This document shows, piece after piece, positions 56,131 to 64,000 of a stretch of 64,000 bases of DNA. Within the stretch, counting starts at the first letter, position 1. The number at the start of each line of letters is the position of its first letter. The DNA comes from an uncultured Akkermansia sp. (GTDB lineage Bacteria > Verrucomicrobiota > Kiritimatiellia > RFP12 > JAAYNR01): assembly GCA_964506575.1 (NCBI GenBank), contig CAZDLY010000003.1, positions 41,240 through 105,239 on the forward strand, in the 5' to 3' direction. The notes beneath the pieces are model-generated. The model was not told where the DNA came from, searched no databases, and saw only the letters and a list, made by a program, of their open reading frames with translations. A program made the position numbers and the translations under genes.

Positions 56131-56158
56131 CGTATAGAGGGTCGCGCGGACACTGTCA
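56131..56158 (-). promoter_or_regulatory. Sigma70-like promoter (TTGACA-17-TATACG on the minus strand) downstream of mnmG, possibly driving kamA with a long 5' UTR
   Basis: Minus strand reads TTGACAgtgtccgcgcgaccctcTATACG, about 370 nt upstream of the kamA ATG. Confidence 0.3.
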
Positions 56159-56195
56159 AGCGGAAATTTTTAAAAATGTTAAGTCGCATAATTAA

Positions 56196-58313
56196 TCATA
56201 AGAAACCTCGCTTGAGAACCACGCTCAACACTGCCAGATCGGCCGGCGTCACGCCGGGAACACGGCCGGCCTGGCCCAAATTGACCGGACGCACCCGGCT
56301 GAGCTTCTCCCGGCACTCATACCCCAGCGCCGGGATCTTCCCATAGTCCACCCACGACGGGATCACATCGGCCTCCATCCGCAACGCCCGCTCCGCCTGC
56401 CGCCGCTCCTGCTCGATGTACCCGCGATACGCGATTTCCAACTCCACCTGTTCGACAACGACCGCGGGAAGCGCGGGATCGGCACACGGCAGATCCGCAT
56501 ACCGCGCCCCGGGGCGGGCCAGATGCCGCGACGCCGCGGCGCCATCGGCGAGATGACGTGCATCGAGCCGCGCACATTCAGCCGCGATCAACCGGGCATA
56601 CCGCTCCGTCTCATCCCGAAACACCGGATCGGCCAGCCCCAACCGCTGCGCATGGGCAAGCATCCGAAACCGCGCATTGTCCTGCCGCAGCAACAGCCGC
56701 CGCTCCGCCCGCGACGTGAACATGCGATACGGCTCGTTCGTCCCCTTCGTCACCAGATCGTCAATCATCACGCCGATGTACGACTCCTGGCGGCCGAGCA
56801 GCAGCGGATTCTCATCCCGGACACGCATCGCCGCATTGACTCCGGCAACAAAACCCTGGGCCGCCGCCTCCTCATAACCGGTCGTGCCGTTAATCTGCCC
56901 CGCAAAGAACAAGCCCGCATGCCGTTTGGACTCCAGCCCGTGCGTCAGCTCGCGGGCGTCGATAGCGTCGTACTCGATCGCGTAGGCGTACGCCAGAAAC
57001 CGGGCCTGCTCCAAACCGGGTATCAGCCGGACCAGACGCTCCTGAACCTCGCGAGGCAGGCTGTTGGATATCCCGTTCGGGTAAATCCAGGCTGAGTCGC
57101 CCCGCCCCTCAGGCTCCAAAAAGACATGATGGCTCTCCTTGTCGCCAAATTTGACGATCTTGTCCTCCAGCGAGGGGCAATACCGCACCCCCGTCCCGCT
57201 GATCCCGCCGCCATACAACGCGCTGCGCGCGAGGTTTTCCCGAATCACCTGATGACAGGCGGACGTCGTGTGGGTCAGCCAGCAGGAGACCTGCCGGGCG
57301 CCCCCCAGGACGCTATCGTGTGGCGGGCTGATGCCAGCCGCGCGATGATCCGCCGCTGGCGACTCCGGATACGCCCTGTTCCACGTGGAACATTCATTCG
57401 GCGCTCCGCCGCGGCTCGTCTCCGAGCCCGGGCACACATCCGCCGCTGGTGACGACGGGAACGCCGTGTTCCACGTGGAACATTCACCCGGCGCCCCGCC
57501 GGGGTCCGTCTCCGAGCACACATCCGCCGCTGGCGTCGCCGGGAACGCCCTGCTCCGCGTGTAACCATCGGCCCGCGCTGCCCGCACACGCGCGCCACGC
57601 CACGAAAAGAGCGGCGGCGGCTCGTCGCCCGCCTGCTCCTGGGTCTGGCAAAAATCAATGGAGGCCGGGTCGAGGCGCGGGGGTGTTCCGGTTTTCAACC
57701 GAAGCCTTTCATATCCGGCGTCGCGCAGGCTATCGGAGAGGGCCTGGGCGGCGGCGCGCCCGTCGCCTCCGCCCGGCGAGACCTCATGCCCGACATGAAT
57801 CGCCCCCCCCAGCGCCGTCCCGGTTGTCAGCACGACGCAACGACCGGCGATGCGCCCGTGTCCGGCTGTCTCGACGCCGGCCAGCCGCCGCTGCGGTCCG
57901 GTGTCCGCAAAGGCCAGCGCGATGACCTCATCCTCCATCACCCAAAGATTCGGCGTGGATTCGACGACCGCCCGCAGGCGCGCCGTGTAGGCGGCCTTGT
58001 CGCATTGCACCCGCGTGGCCCGCACGGCGGGGCCGCGGCTTACATTGAGCACCCGGAACTGGATGCCGGTGCAATCCGCGTTGAAACCCATCTCGCCGCC
58101 CAGTGCATCCAGTTCATAGACCAAGTGGGATTTAGCCAGGCCGCCGATGGCCGGGTTGCAGGGCATTCGACCGATCGCGTCTCGGTGAGCGGTGATCAGC
58201 AGGGTTTTGCAGGTCATCCGGGCGGCGGCAAGCGCCGCCTCGGACCCGGCATGTCCGCCGCCGACGACAATCACATCCCACCCGTCCCCGCTGGTCCGAC
58301 CGATGCTTTTCAT
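56196..58313 (-). CDS. mnmG: tRNA uridine 5-carboxymethylaminomethyl modification enzyme MnmG (GidA), carrying an internal minisatellite-encoded insertion of about 90 aa
   Basis: GidA signatures ([38 protein letters not shown]-terminal [14 protein letters not shown]). Start at the ATG at 58313. Residues encoded at about 57348-57567 are 2.5 tandem copies of an 87-nt unit. Confidence 0.92.
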   Translation of the reverse strand: MKSIGRTSGDGWDVIVVGGGHAGSEAALAAARMTCKTLLITAHRDAIGRMPCNPAIGGLAKSHLVYELDALGGEMGFNADCTGIQFRVLNVSRGPAVRATRVQCDKAAYTARLRAVVESTPNLWVMEDEVIALAFADTGPQRRLAGVETAGHGRIAGRCVVLTTGTALGGAIHVGHEVSPGGGDGRAAAQALSDSLRDAGYERLRLKTGTPPRLDPASIDFCQTQEQAGDEPPPLFSWRGARVRAARADGYTRSRAFPATPAADVCSETDPGGAPGECSTWNTAFPSSPAADVCPGSETSRGGAPNECSTWNRAYPESPAADHRAAGISPPHDSVLGGARQVSCWLTHTTSACHQVIRENLARSALYGGGISGTGVRYCPSLEDKIVKFGDKESHHVFLEPEGRGDSAWIYPNGISNSLPREVQERLVRLIPGLEQARFLAYAYAIEYDAIDARELTHGLESKRHAGLFFAGQINGTTGYEEAAAQGFVAGVNAAMRVRDENPLLLGRQESYIGVMIDDLVTKGTNEPYRMFTSRAERRLLLRQDNARFRMLAHAQRLGLADPVFRDETERYARLIAAECARLDARHLADGAAASRHLARPGARYADLPCADPALPAVVVEQVELEIAYRGYIEQERRQAERALRMEADVIPSWVDYGKIPALGYECREKLSRVRPVNLGQAGRVPGVTPADLAVLSVVLKRGFL

Positions 58314-58448
58314 GGCCGATAGGATAACGCGTCTTCCGCCGTTCGTCCAGCCCCGTATGATCCTCGATCCGGGGGAGTTATGCACAACACGACCCAACCG
58401 CTCCGGAAACCAGATTCACTCCTTAACTATCGATAGCGCCGCGTGTTT

Positions 58449-58491
58449 ATGTATTCATAAACTGTTGTAGTCGTTGTATTTATGAATACAT
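58449..58491. promoter_or_regulatory. Perfect 13-bp inverted repeat ATGTATTCATAAA-17 nt-TTTATGAATACAT in the AT-rich mnmE-mnmG intergenic region
   Basis: Lies in the 285-nt intergenic region, which is AT-rich by eye, and a TTATCAACA motif sits at about 58544. Candidate regulator-binding site or hairpin. Confidence 0.4.
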
Positions 58492-58598
58492 CAAATGGGG
58501 AGCCCCGTCACGCCGATGCGTTCATGGGGGGTTGATGTCGACCGGATATTGACTACTTATCAACAAGTTATGATTGGAGTCTAAGTGCTGATTCACAA

Positions 58599-59981
58599 TT
58601 ACTTACCGACACAGAAGCGCGCGAACACCGTATCCAGCAGGTCGTCGCTGTAAATGGTTCCGGTAATCCGCCCCAGCGCTTCCGCCGCTTCGCGCAGGGG
58701 AATCGCGGCGAGGACCAGTTCGTCCGGGTGTGCGAGGAGGCCGGTCGCCCGCCGGATCGCGGCATTCGCGGTTGTCAGCTCCACGGCGTGCCGCTGGCTG
58801 ATCGCCACCGCCTCGTGTGTTCCCGCGCAGGCCTCCAGTTTGGCCTGCAGCGCCTCCGCAACGGGCCTCGCCCCGTCAGGCGTGAGGGCCGAACAGCGGA
58901 CCCTGGCGACGGCGGCGGGGAGGTTCCAGGCGGCGGCCAGCGCCGCATTCCCGGCACAGTCGGGGCGGTCGGCTTTGTTGACTGCCACAATCGTCCGTTC
59001 AACCGGGAGCGCGGCGATCGCCTCCCGGTCCGCCGCGTCGGGAGGCGCCGTCCCGTCCACGACATAGATGACCCAGTCGGCCGCCTCTGTCAGTTGGCGG
59101 GCCCGGGCGATTCCTTCGCGTTCCACGGCGCACGCGGCGTCGCGCAGGCCGGCGGTGTCGGCCAGCCGCAACGGAATGCCGTTGAGGGTGTAACCCTCCT
59201 CGATCGTGTCGCGCGTGGTGCCGGGGGATTCGGAGACGATGGCGCGCGGATGCCCCAGCAGCGCATTCAGGAGCGACGACTTGCCGGCATTGACCCGGCC
59301 CGCGATCACCGTCAGCGCCCCGTCGCGCAGCAGTTGCCCTTCGCCCCAGGTCGCGAGCAGCGCCTGAATCCCGGTGACGACCGCGCCCAGCTCGGTTCGC
59401 GCGGTCTCCAGGAACGGAGGGGGAATCTCCCCCTCCTCGAAGTCGAGCAGGGTCTCGATGTCGGCGCACACGGCGGTCAGGCGCCCGTAAAGCGCCTCCA
59501 CGCGCCGCCGCAGCCCGCCCGCCGCCTGTTCCCTCGCCGCCCGCGCCGCCCGCGCCGTCTGGGCCTGGATCACATCGAGCACCGCCTCGGCCTGCGTCAG
59601 GTCGAGGCGTCCATTGAGGAAGGCCCTCCGCGTGAACTCGCCGGGCCCCGCCGGCTCCGCGCCGGCGTGAAACACGGCCTGCAGCACCTGGCGCGCGACG
59701 ACCGCACCGCCATGGCCCTGCAGCTCGACCGTGTCCTCGCCGGTATAGCTGCGGGGGGCCCGGAAAATCAGCACGATTCCGTCGTCCAGCGCCGCCCCCG
59801 CCGCGCCGTCCGCAAACGTGGCGTGAAAAAACGTCCCGGCCGGCCGCTGCGACGGCGGCCGGCCCGCGCACCGCGCCACGCGGTCGGCCACGGCCAGCGC
59901 CTCCGGCCCGGAGATCCGCACGACGGCCACACCCGCCGGCCCCGCCGCCGTCGCCAGAGCTGCAATGGTTGATCCGGGCAT
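58599..59981 (-). CDS. mnmE: tRNA modification GTPase MnmE (TrmE)
   Basis: G-domain motifs (GRVNAGKSSLLNAL, DTAGLR, NKAD) and a C-terminal FCVGK (CxGK) motif. AGGGGGA RBS. Confidence 0.93.
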   Translation of the reverse strand: MPGSTIAALATAAGPAGVAVVRISGPEALAVADRVARCAGRPPSQRPAGTFFHATFADGAAGAALDDGIVLIFRAPRSYTGEDTVELQGHGGAVVARQVLQAVFHAGAEPAGPGEFTRRAFLNGRLDLTQAEAVLDVIQAQTARAARAAREQAAGGLRRRVEALYGRLTAVCADIETLLDFEEGEIPPPFLETARTELGAVVTGIQALLATWGEGQLLRDGALTVIAGRVNAGKSSLLNALLGHPRAIVSESPGTTRDTIEEGYTLNGIPLRLADTAGLRDAACAVEREGIARARQLTEAADWVIYVVDGTAPPDAADREAIAALPVERTIVAVNKADRPDCAGNAALAAAWNLPAAVARVRCSALTPDGARPVAEALQAKLEACAGTHEAVAISQRHAVELTTANAAIRRATGLLAHPDELVLAAIPLREAAEALGRITGTIYSDDLLDTVFARFCVGK

Positions 59982-59990
59982 GCCGTCCCC

Positions 59991-61988
59991 CTAGTCGAAA
60001 TAAACCGGCCGATCGGTCAGCCGCAGCCGCGGCGCGGGGAGCAGCGGCGCCGTGCGGCCCAGCAGGTCGCAGGCCCGCGCGGCGGCGACCGCGGCCGTCA
60101 CGATCTGCGGGCCGCCGTCGTTCCAGCCCAGCCACACCGGCCTCCCGGCGGCGTCCTCGAACCGCAAGAGCCAGGCCGATCCGCCGCCCGCAGCCGGCTC
60201 CCGCCGGACAAACCGGCCGCCGGCGCCCAGGCGACCCATGAAGAGCCGCCAGGCCTCCTGCCGCGCGGCCTGTTGCGGCCCGTCGCCGGAAAGGGCCGGC
60301 TGCATCAGGACGACCTGCTCGATCAGCCCCGAACAGACGGCCAGCACCGTCCGTCTCACGAAACGCGCGAGCCGCCCTTCGGCCGCCTCGGAGGATTCGG
60401 CGCCGCCCGTCCGATCCTTCCCGCCGTCCGGGGCCGCCTCCACGATCAGAATCGGCCGTGCCTGCGCCTGCGCCCCGCCCCGCGCCGCGCGGCAGAACCG
60501 GGCCAGCCGCCCCAGCCACGCCGCGTCGCTGACCGCGGCCGATTCCAGCCATGCCGCGTGCGTCCGGCAGACACAGGACTCCCATCCGCCGACACGGGCC
60601 AGCGCATGGGTCGTGCGCGACAGAAACCGGTGATTGCCCTCCGCGCACGCCGGCCCGGAAAACACGACCCCCGGAAAGGCGTCGCGCACCTTCTGCAGCG
60701 GCTCCAGGAACCGCCGGTACTCCGCCGCCGACCGGAATCCCCACGCCGCCTCATCCGGGGCAAACCCGTACACCGCCCGCCGCACCTGCCAGCCGACCGG
60801 CTCCAGGGCGCGCGTGACAAAGGTCACCCACCGCTCCGGATCCCGGACCGCCCGCCGGTCTTGAACCAGCAGCACCGACACGCACGACCCGTCCTTCACC
60901 AGATGCTGCACGGCGGTCAGCGCCGCCGCCCGCTGTTCGTCCGAGTCGTGGCAGCACAGACGCACCCAGACATCGCGGATGCCCGCCTCGCCCGGGGCCG
61001 CGAGGTCCCGCGCCTGCGTCTCCGAAACGGCGCGCACCCCAACCGCCAGCCGATGCGGCAGCGGCACCGGCCCGGCAAACAACCCGTCGCCCGAAAACCA
61101 ACCGGGCCGCAGCGGGAGCCCGCCGGCCGGAGGCGTCACGCGCCGCCCGCCCGCGCGTTCGAGGTCCACCGCCTCCTCGCGCGCCGCATCCCAGAGAAAC
61201 GCCGCGGCGGTGTCGGCCGGCGGCGGCGCCGCCGCCCCGCACAGGCGCCGCCACGCGCGGAGGCCGCGCTGATGCGCCCGCAGGAAACGCATCGCCGGCG
61301 AATCGGGCGCCTCTCCCTGACCCGCCGCCCGCGCCTCCGCCAGCAGCCGGGGCGGCAGATCGAGCGCGGCCCAGTCGCGCATCCGCGCCCAGGGCCCCGG
61401 CGCCGCCCCGATCACACACCGCTCCAGTCCGGTGAAGCAAATGCCCCCGCGGGGCGCGCGCCGGGTGTCGACCCACACGCTCCAGCCGTCGAGGGCGCCA
61501 TGAAACACGCCCGCCTCGTGCAGGTCGCGGATCGCCGCGCCGACCGCGCGCACCCACTCGCGGACGAGGCCGAAATCGTTCTGCTCCGCCAGCAGATGCG
61601 CGAGCCACTCCTGCAACGGGCAGAGGCCGGGGTGCATCTGAAACACCGCCAGTCCCTCCCAGCGCCGCGGCCCCGCGGGGCGCACCAGGCACGCAATCGG
61701 CCCGGGCGTCTGAACGGCGCGCCCCAGCAGCCGCCGGGCCGACTCCACCGCGCGCACGGCCTGGGCGCCACCGCCGGCGGCGGGAAACCCCTGGATCAGA
61801 AAGTGGGGGCCGCGCCCCCCCGGCTGCCCCGCCGCCCGAAACGTGAACAGACGCCCGCGGCGCACCCAGTCCGCATCCCCGCCCTCCGCCAGCTCGGCCA
61901 GCGACCGCCGCATCTCATCGGTGCGGAACGCCTCCTCCAGACGCGCGCGATAGGCGCCAACCGGCTCCCATCCTTCTGTAAAATCCAT
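59991..61988 (-). CDS. Hypothetical protein with an N-terminal lipopolysaccharide-kinase-like (Kdo/WaaP-type) fold, possibly a pseudokinase
   Basis: 665 aa from the ATG at 61988 (AGGA RBS, TATAAT box just upstream). The segment LHEAGVFHGALDGWSVWVD resembles the HxxGxxHGDL catalytic loop with Asp replaced by Ala. It lies 9 nt upstream of mnmE. Confidence 0.55.
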   Translation of the reverse strand: MDFTEGWEPVGAYRARLEEAFRTDEMRRSLAELAEGGDADWVRRGRLFTFRAAGQPGGRGPHFLIQGFPAAGGGAQAVRAVESARRLLGRAVQTPGPIACLVRPAGPRRWEGLAVFQMHPGLCPLQEWLAHLLAEQNDFGLVREWVRAVGAAIRDLHEAGVFHGALDGWSVWVDTRRAPRGGICFTGLERCVIGAAPGPWARMRDWAALDLPPRLLAEARAAGQGEAPDSPAMRFLRAHQRGLRAWRRLCGAAAPPPADTAAAFLWDAAREEAVDLERAGGRRVTPPAGGLPLRPGWFSGDGLFAGPVPLPHRLAVGVRAVSETQARDLAAPGEAGIRDVWVRLCCHDSDEQRAAALTAVQHLVKDGSCVSVLLVQDRRAVRDPERWVTFVTRALEPVGWQVRRAVYGFAPDEAAWGFRSAAEYRRFLEPLQKVRDAFPGVVFSGPACAEGNHRFLSRTTHALARVGGWESCVCRTHAAWLESAAVSDAAWLGRLARFCRAARGGAQAQARPILIVEAAPDGGKDRTGGAESSEAAEGRLARFVRRTVLAVCSGLIEQVVLMQPALSGDGPQQAARQEAWRLFMGRLGAGGRFVRREPAAGGGSAWLLRFEDAAGRPVWLGWNDGGPQIVTAAVAAARACDLLGRTAPLLPAPRLRLTDRPVYFD

Positions 61989-62079
61989 TCCTGTCTTGCG
62001 ATTCATAAGTTTGTCATTATAGCGCATTCTGCCGCCGCCTGAGGTCAAAAATAAATCTGAATTTTGACCGAATTTTGAA

Positions 62080-62107
62080 TTGACTAATTTTTTACCCCCG
62101 CTACACT
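62080..62107 (+). promoter_or_regulatory. Sigma70-like promoter TTGACT-16-TACACT in a divergent AT-rich intergenic region, with GGTCAAAA/TTTTGACC inverted repeats
   Basis: ggtcaaaaataaatctgaattttgaccgaattttgaaTTGACTaattttttacccccgcTACACT, upstream of the GTG at 62212. Confidence 0.35.
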
Positions 62108-62211
62108 GGCGCTCATCCATGTGAGCCGGTCCCGCACTTTTCTCACGCAGATGGAGAAGGTCCGGGTTTTCGATGCCGGGAGAGCGGCCGAGCAATCGGA
62201 CCTCTTAAGAT

Positions 62212-62694
62212 GTGTCTGATGATGGGGTATTCTATAACGCCGTGACTCATACAGGTAAAAGGATTGGACGGGCACCCAAAGGATTGCGCCGCGTGCGTCA
62301 AGCGTGCGTGTGTGCGCTTGTGCTGCTCGTAACGTGCGCGGCGTTGGTTGTGTTGCGGCGCGCACCCACGCCACAGGCACAGGATCTGCCTGCTTCGTCT
62401 GTCATGCCCAGCCCCACCACCACCAACCAACCCCCGGTAGGGTGGCGCTCACCGCAACGCCGCGCACAAGATTCAACAAGAGGATTGCTGTCTGCGGCTT
62501 CGCTGTCGCAGCCCACGAATGCAAATCCCGGCCAGGTGCTCTATCTTCGCCAAATGGATGCGCTGCGGGCCTTGCCGGCGCAGCTTGATCCGACTCAAAT
62601 AGAGGCGTTGCGGGATCTGTTGGCCCTGCCGTTCGACGGCGCGTTCGGGCTCGAACCGCTGGCTTTTATACGGCATCAAAAACGGGGCCGCTGA
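62212..62694 (+). CDS. Hypothetical membrane protein (one TM helix), possibly the 5' part of a frameshifted longer gene
   Basis: 160 aa with a GTG start and TM helix ACVCALVLLVTCAALVVL. It ends 4 nt before the next ORF, which lies in another frame and lacks an ATG. Confidence 0.4.
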   Translation: MSDDGVFYNAVTHTGKRIGRAPKGLRRVRQACVCALVLLVTCAALVVLRRAPTPQAQDLPASSVMPSPTTTNQPPVGWRSPQRRAQDSTRGLLSAASLSQPTNANPGQVLYLRQMDALRALPAQLDPTQIEALRDLLALPFDGAFGLEPLAFIRHQKRGR

Positions 62695-62698
62695 CCTG

Positions 62699-63298
62699 TT
62701 GCTGCGTCAGGAGCTTTTCCCGCCCGACTTGGCTTACGACTTCGCCGCGATGTTCGACGATTCGGCCTATGACGAGGTGTGGCGCGATTATTGCCTCCAG
62801 ATGCTGGCCGATTGTCATCAAAAACTCGCGCATCGAGAGGGCCCCGAATCCCTGGCTGCGCGCGCGGTGGCGCTGGACACGCTGCGCGGGGCCGCGCGCC
62901 TGCATATCCATACCTGGCCGGGCACGGCGCTGTTGGGCCTCGATGCCATCGCCCGATCCAAAACGGGCGATGTGACCGACACGGAGGTCGACGAAATCGC
63001 GTCGGCGCTGGCGCTGGACCCTGGGGCTTCGGAAGCGGGGCGGATCACGGCACTGCGCATCGCGGGCGAACGGCAATTGCCCGGCGTCGCCGAAATCGCG
63101 CGCGATCTCGCCCAAACCGCTCGGACCGAGACGCTGCGCGCAGCGGCCATCGCGACCCTCGGCGAACTGGGCGTTGCGTCCGATGCCGAATTGCTCGAAA
63201 GCCTTTCTGCCGAGCGTGACCCGTTTTTGGCTCAGATCGCCCATGCTGCCAGCAGAAAACTCGCCGAACGTCACCCAGAAGCGGGAGGGGCGTTATGA
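62699..63298 (+). CDS. Hypothetical HEAT/armadillo-like helical repeat protein
   Basis: 199 aa with a TTG start and helical-repeat composition (..ALRIAGERQLPGVAEIARDLAQTARTETLRAAAIATLGELGVASDAELLESL..). Overlaps the next gene by 4 nt (ATGA). Confidence 0.45.
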   Translation: MLRQELFPPDLAYDFAAMFDDSAYDEVWRDYCLQMLADCHQKLAHREGPESLAARAVALDTLRGAARLHIHTWPGTALLGLDAIARSKTGDVTDTEVDEIASALALDPGASEAGRITALRIAGERQLPGVAEIARDLAQTARTETLRAAAIATLGELGVASDAELLESLSAERDPFLAQIAHAASRKLAERHPEAGGAL

Positions 63299-64000
63299 AT
63301 GAGGCGCTTCGCTTCGTGGCGATCCTGTCTGCCGCCGTCGTCACCGCGCACGCGGCTCCGACCGTCCGCTGTGTGAGCCCGCAATTTGATTTCGGCACAC
63401 AGACGCCGGGTGCTACGGTCGTCCATCGCTTCCCGGTCACGAATGCAGGGGATGCGCCGCTGACACTCACGGTCGCGCATGCGTGTTGTGGCGCGTCAAT
63501 GGAGATCGCCCGCTCGCCGGTGCCTCCGGGTGAAACCACGGAGATCATGATCCTCCTGACCCTGACGCATCAACCGGGCTCGGTGCTTCGCGCGCTCTAT
63601 GTCAAAACCAACGACCCTGCCGTCCCTTTTCTGCGCCTGGCGCTCAACGGAAAGGTCGCCAATCGTGACCCGGCATCAGCCCCGATGGCGCACGAAGAGC
63701 CAGCCGTGATGGCGTATCCGTCAGAAATCGTGCTGGCTGATTCGTCGAGCACCACCGGGGTGGATCGCGTCGTGGATGTGCACCCAATCAACGGACGCGC
63801 CTTCTCCGTGCGCGCGGTCAAATTCAATGGGGTCACCGGACGCGTGAGTATGAACCGCGCACCCGATGGGGTGTGGCGGCTGACGCTCAAGGCCCTGCTG
63901 CCGGTAACCGCTTCGCAGGTTGTCCCCAGTGTGGTGGTGGAAACCGATCTTCCGGGTCACCCCAAAGTCGTGATCCCGATCCGTATAATCTCAGAAAAAA
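63295..64000 (+). CDS. DUF1573 domain-containing secreted protein (3' end outside the window)
   Basis: ATG at 63295 with a GGGAGGGG RBS. Signal peptide MNEALRFVAILSAAVVTAHA, then FDFGTQTPGATVVHRFPVTNAGDAPLTLTVAHACCGAS, the DUF1573 hallmark. Open to the window end. Confidence 0.7.
   Translation, partial: MNEALRFVAILSAAVVTAHAAPTVRCVSPQFDFGTQTPGATVVHRFPVTNAGDAPLTLTVAHACCGASMEIARSPVPPGETTEIMILLTLTHQPGSVLRALYVKTNDPAVPFLRLALNGKVANRDPASAPMAHEEPAVMAYPSEIVLADSSSTTGVDRVVDVHPINGRAFSVRAVKFNGVTGRVSMNRAPDGVWRLTLKALLPVTASQVVPSVVVETDLPGHPKVVIPIRIISEK

Noticed and set aside
58999-62042. ORFs 58999..60744 (-), 58728..59972 (+), 60273..62042 (+)
   Set aside because: Alternate-frame and antisense artifacts overlapping mnmE and the 665-aa gene, with R/G/A-rich composition.

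Overview
This is a 64 kb GC-rich (about 65-68% by eye) bacterial chromosomal segment with almost every gene on the minus strand, and the most interesting content is two ExbB-ExbD-ExbD motor gene clusters with no canonical TonB partner. Gene content suggests a PVC-superphylum (Planctomycetota/Verrucomicrobiota-like) organism: prepilin-type N-methylation pilins, DUF1573 and DUF4159 proteins, many secreted TPR proteins, a 2752-aa secreted giant protein, and ExbB with a signal peptide plus an Ala/Pro-rich extension. Housekeeping genes are gyrB-gyrA, ileS, mnmE-mnmG, deoC, kamA and a GH38 alpha-mannosidase. Cluster 1 (10.7-21.9 kb) runs TPR - secreted TPR-like - ExbB - ExbD - ExbD - three tandem paralogs of a membrane-anchored protein whose periplasmic domain looks like a prenyltransferase/terpene-cyclase alpha/alpha toroid (QW repeats). 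Two of those paralogs share an exact 1.35 kb duplication, and the duplication junction carries a relic exbD 3' end and a nested palindrome. Cluster 2 (36-54.3 kb) runs TPR - TPR - 2752-aa giant - small protein - ExbB - ExbD - ExbD - TolA/TonB-like anchor - DUF4159 membrane protein - membrane protein. I propose these as a candidate undescribed proton-motive-force-driven envelope machine family. Other notable features are hairpin elements built from tandem hexamer/heptamer repeats that bracket two small gene cassettes, a REP-like GGCGCTTGCAA palindrome family, an AT-rich island carrying TTATCAACA (DnaA-box-like) palindromes, an 87-nt minisatellite inside mnmG, a tandemly duplicated pilin gene, a phd/vapC toxin-antitoxin pair and a DedA::ATP-grasp fusion gene. 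No rRNA, tRNA, CRISPR array or transposase was recognised.
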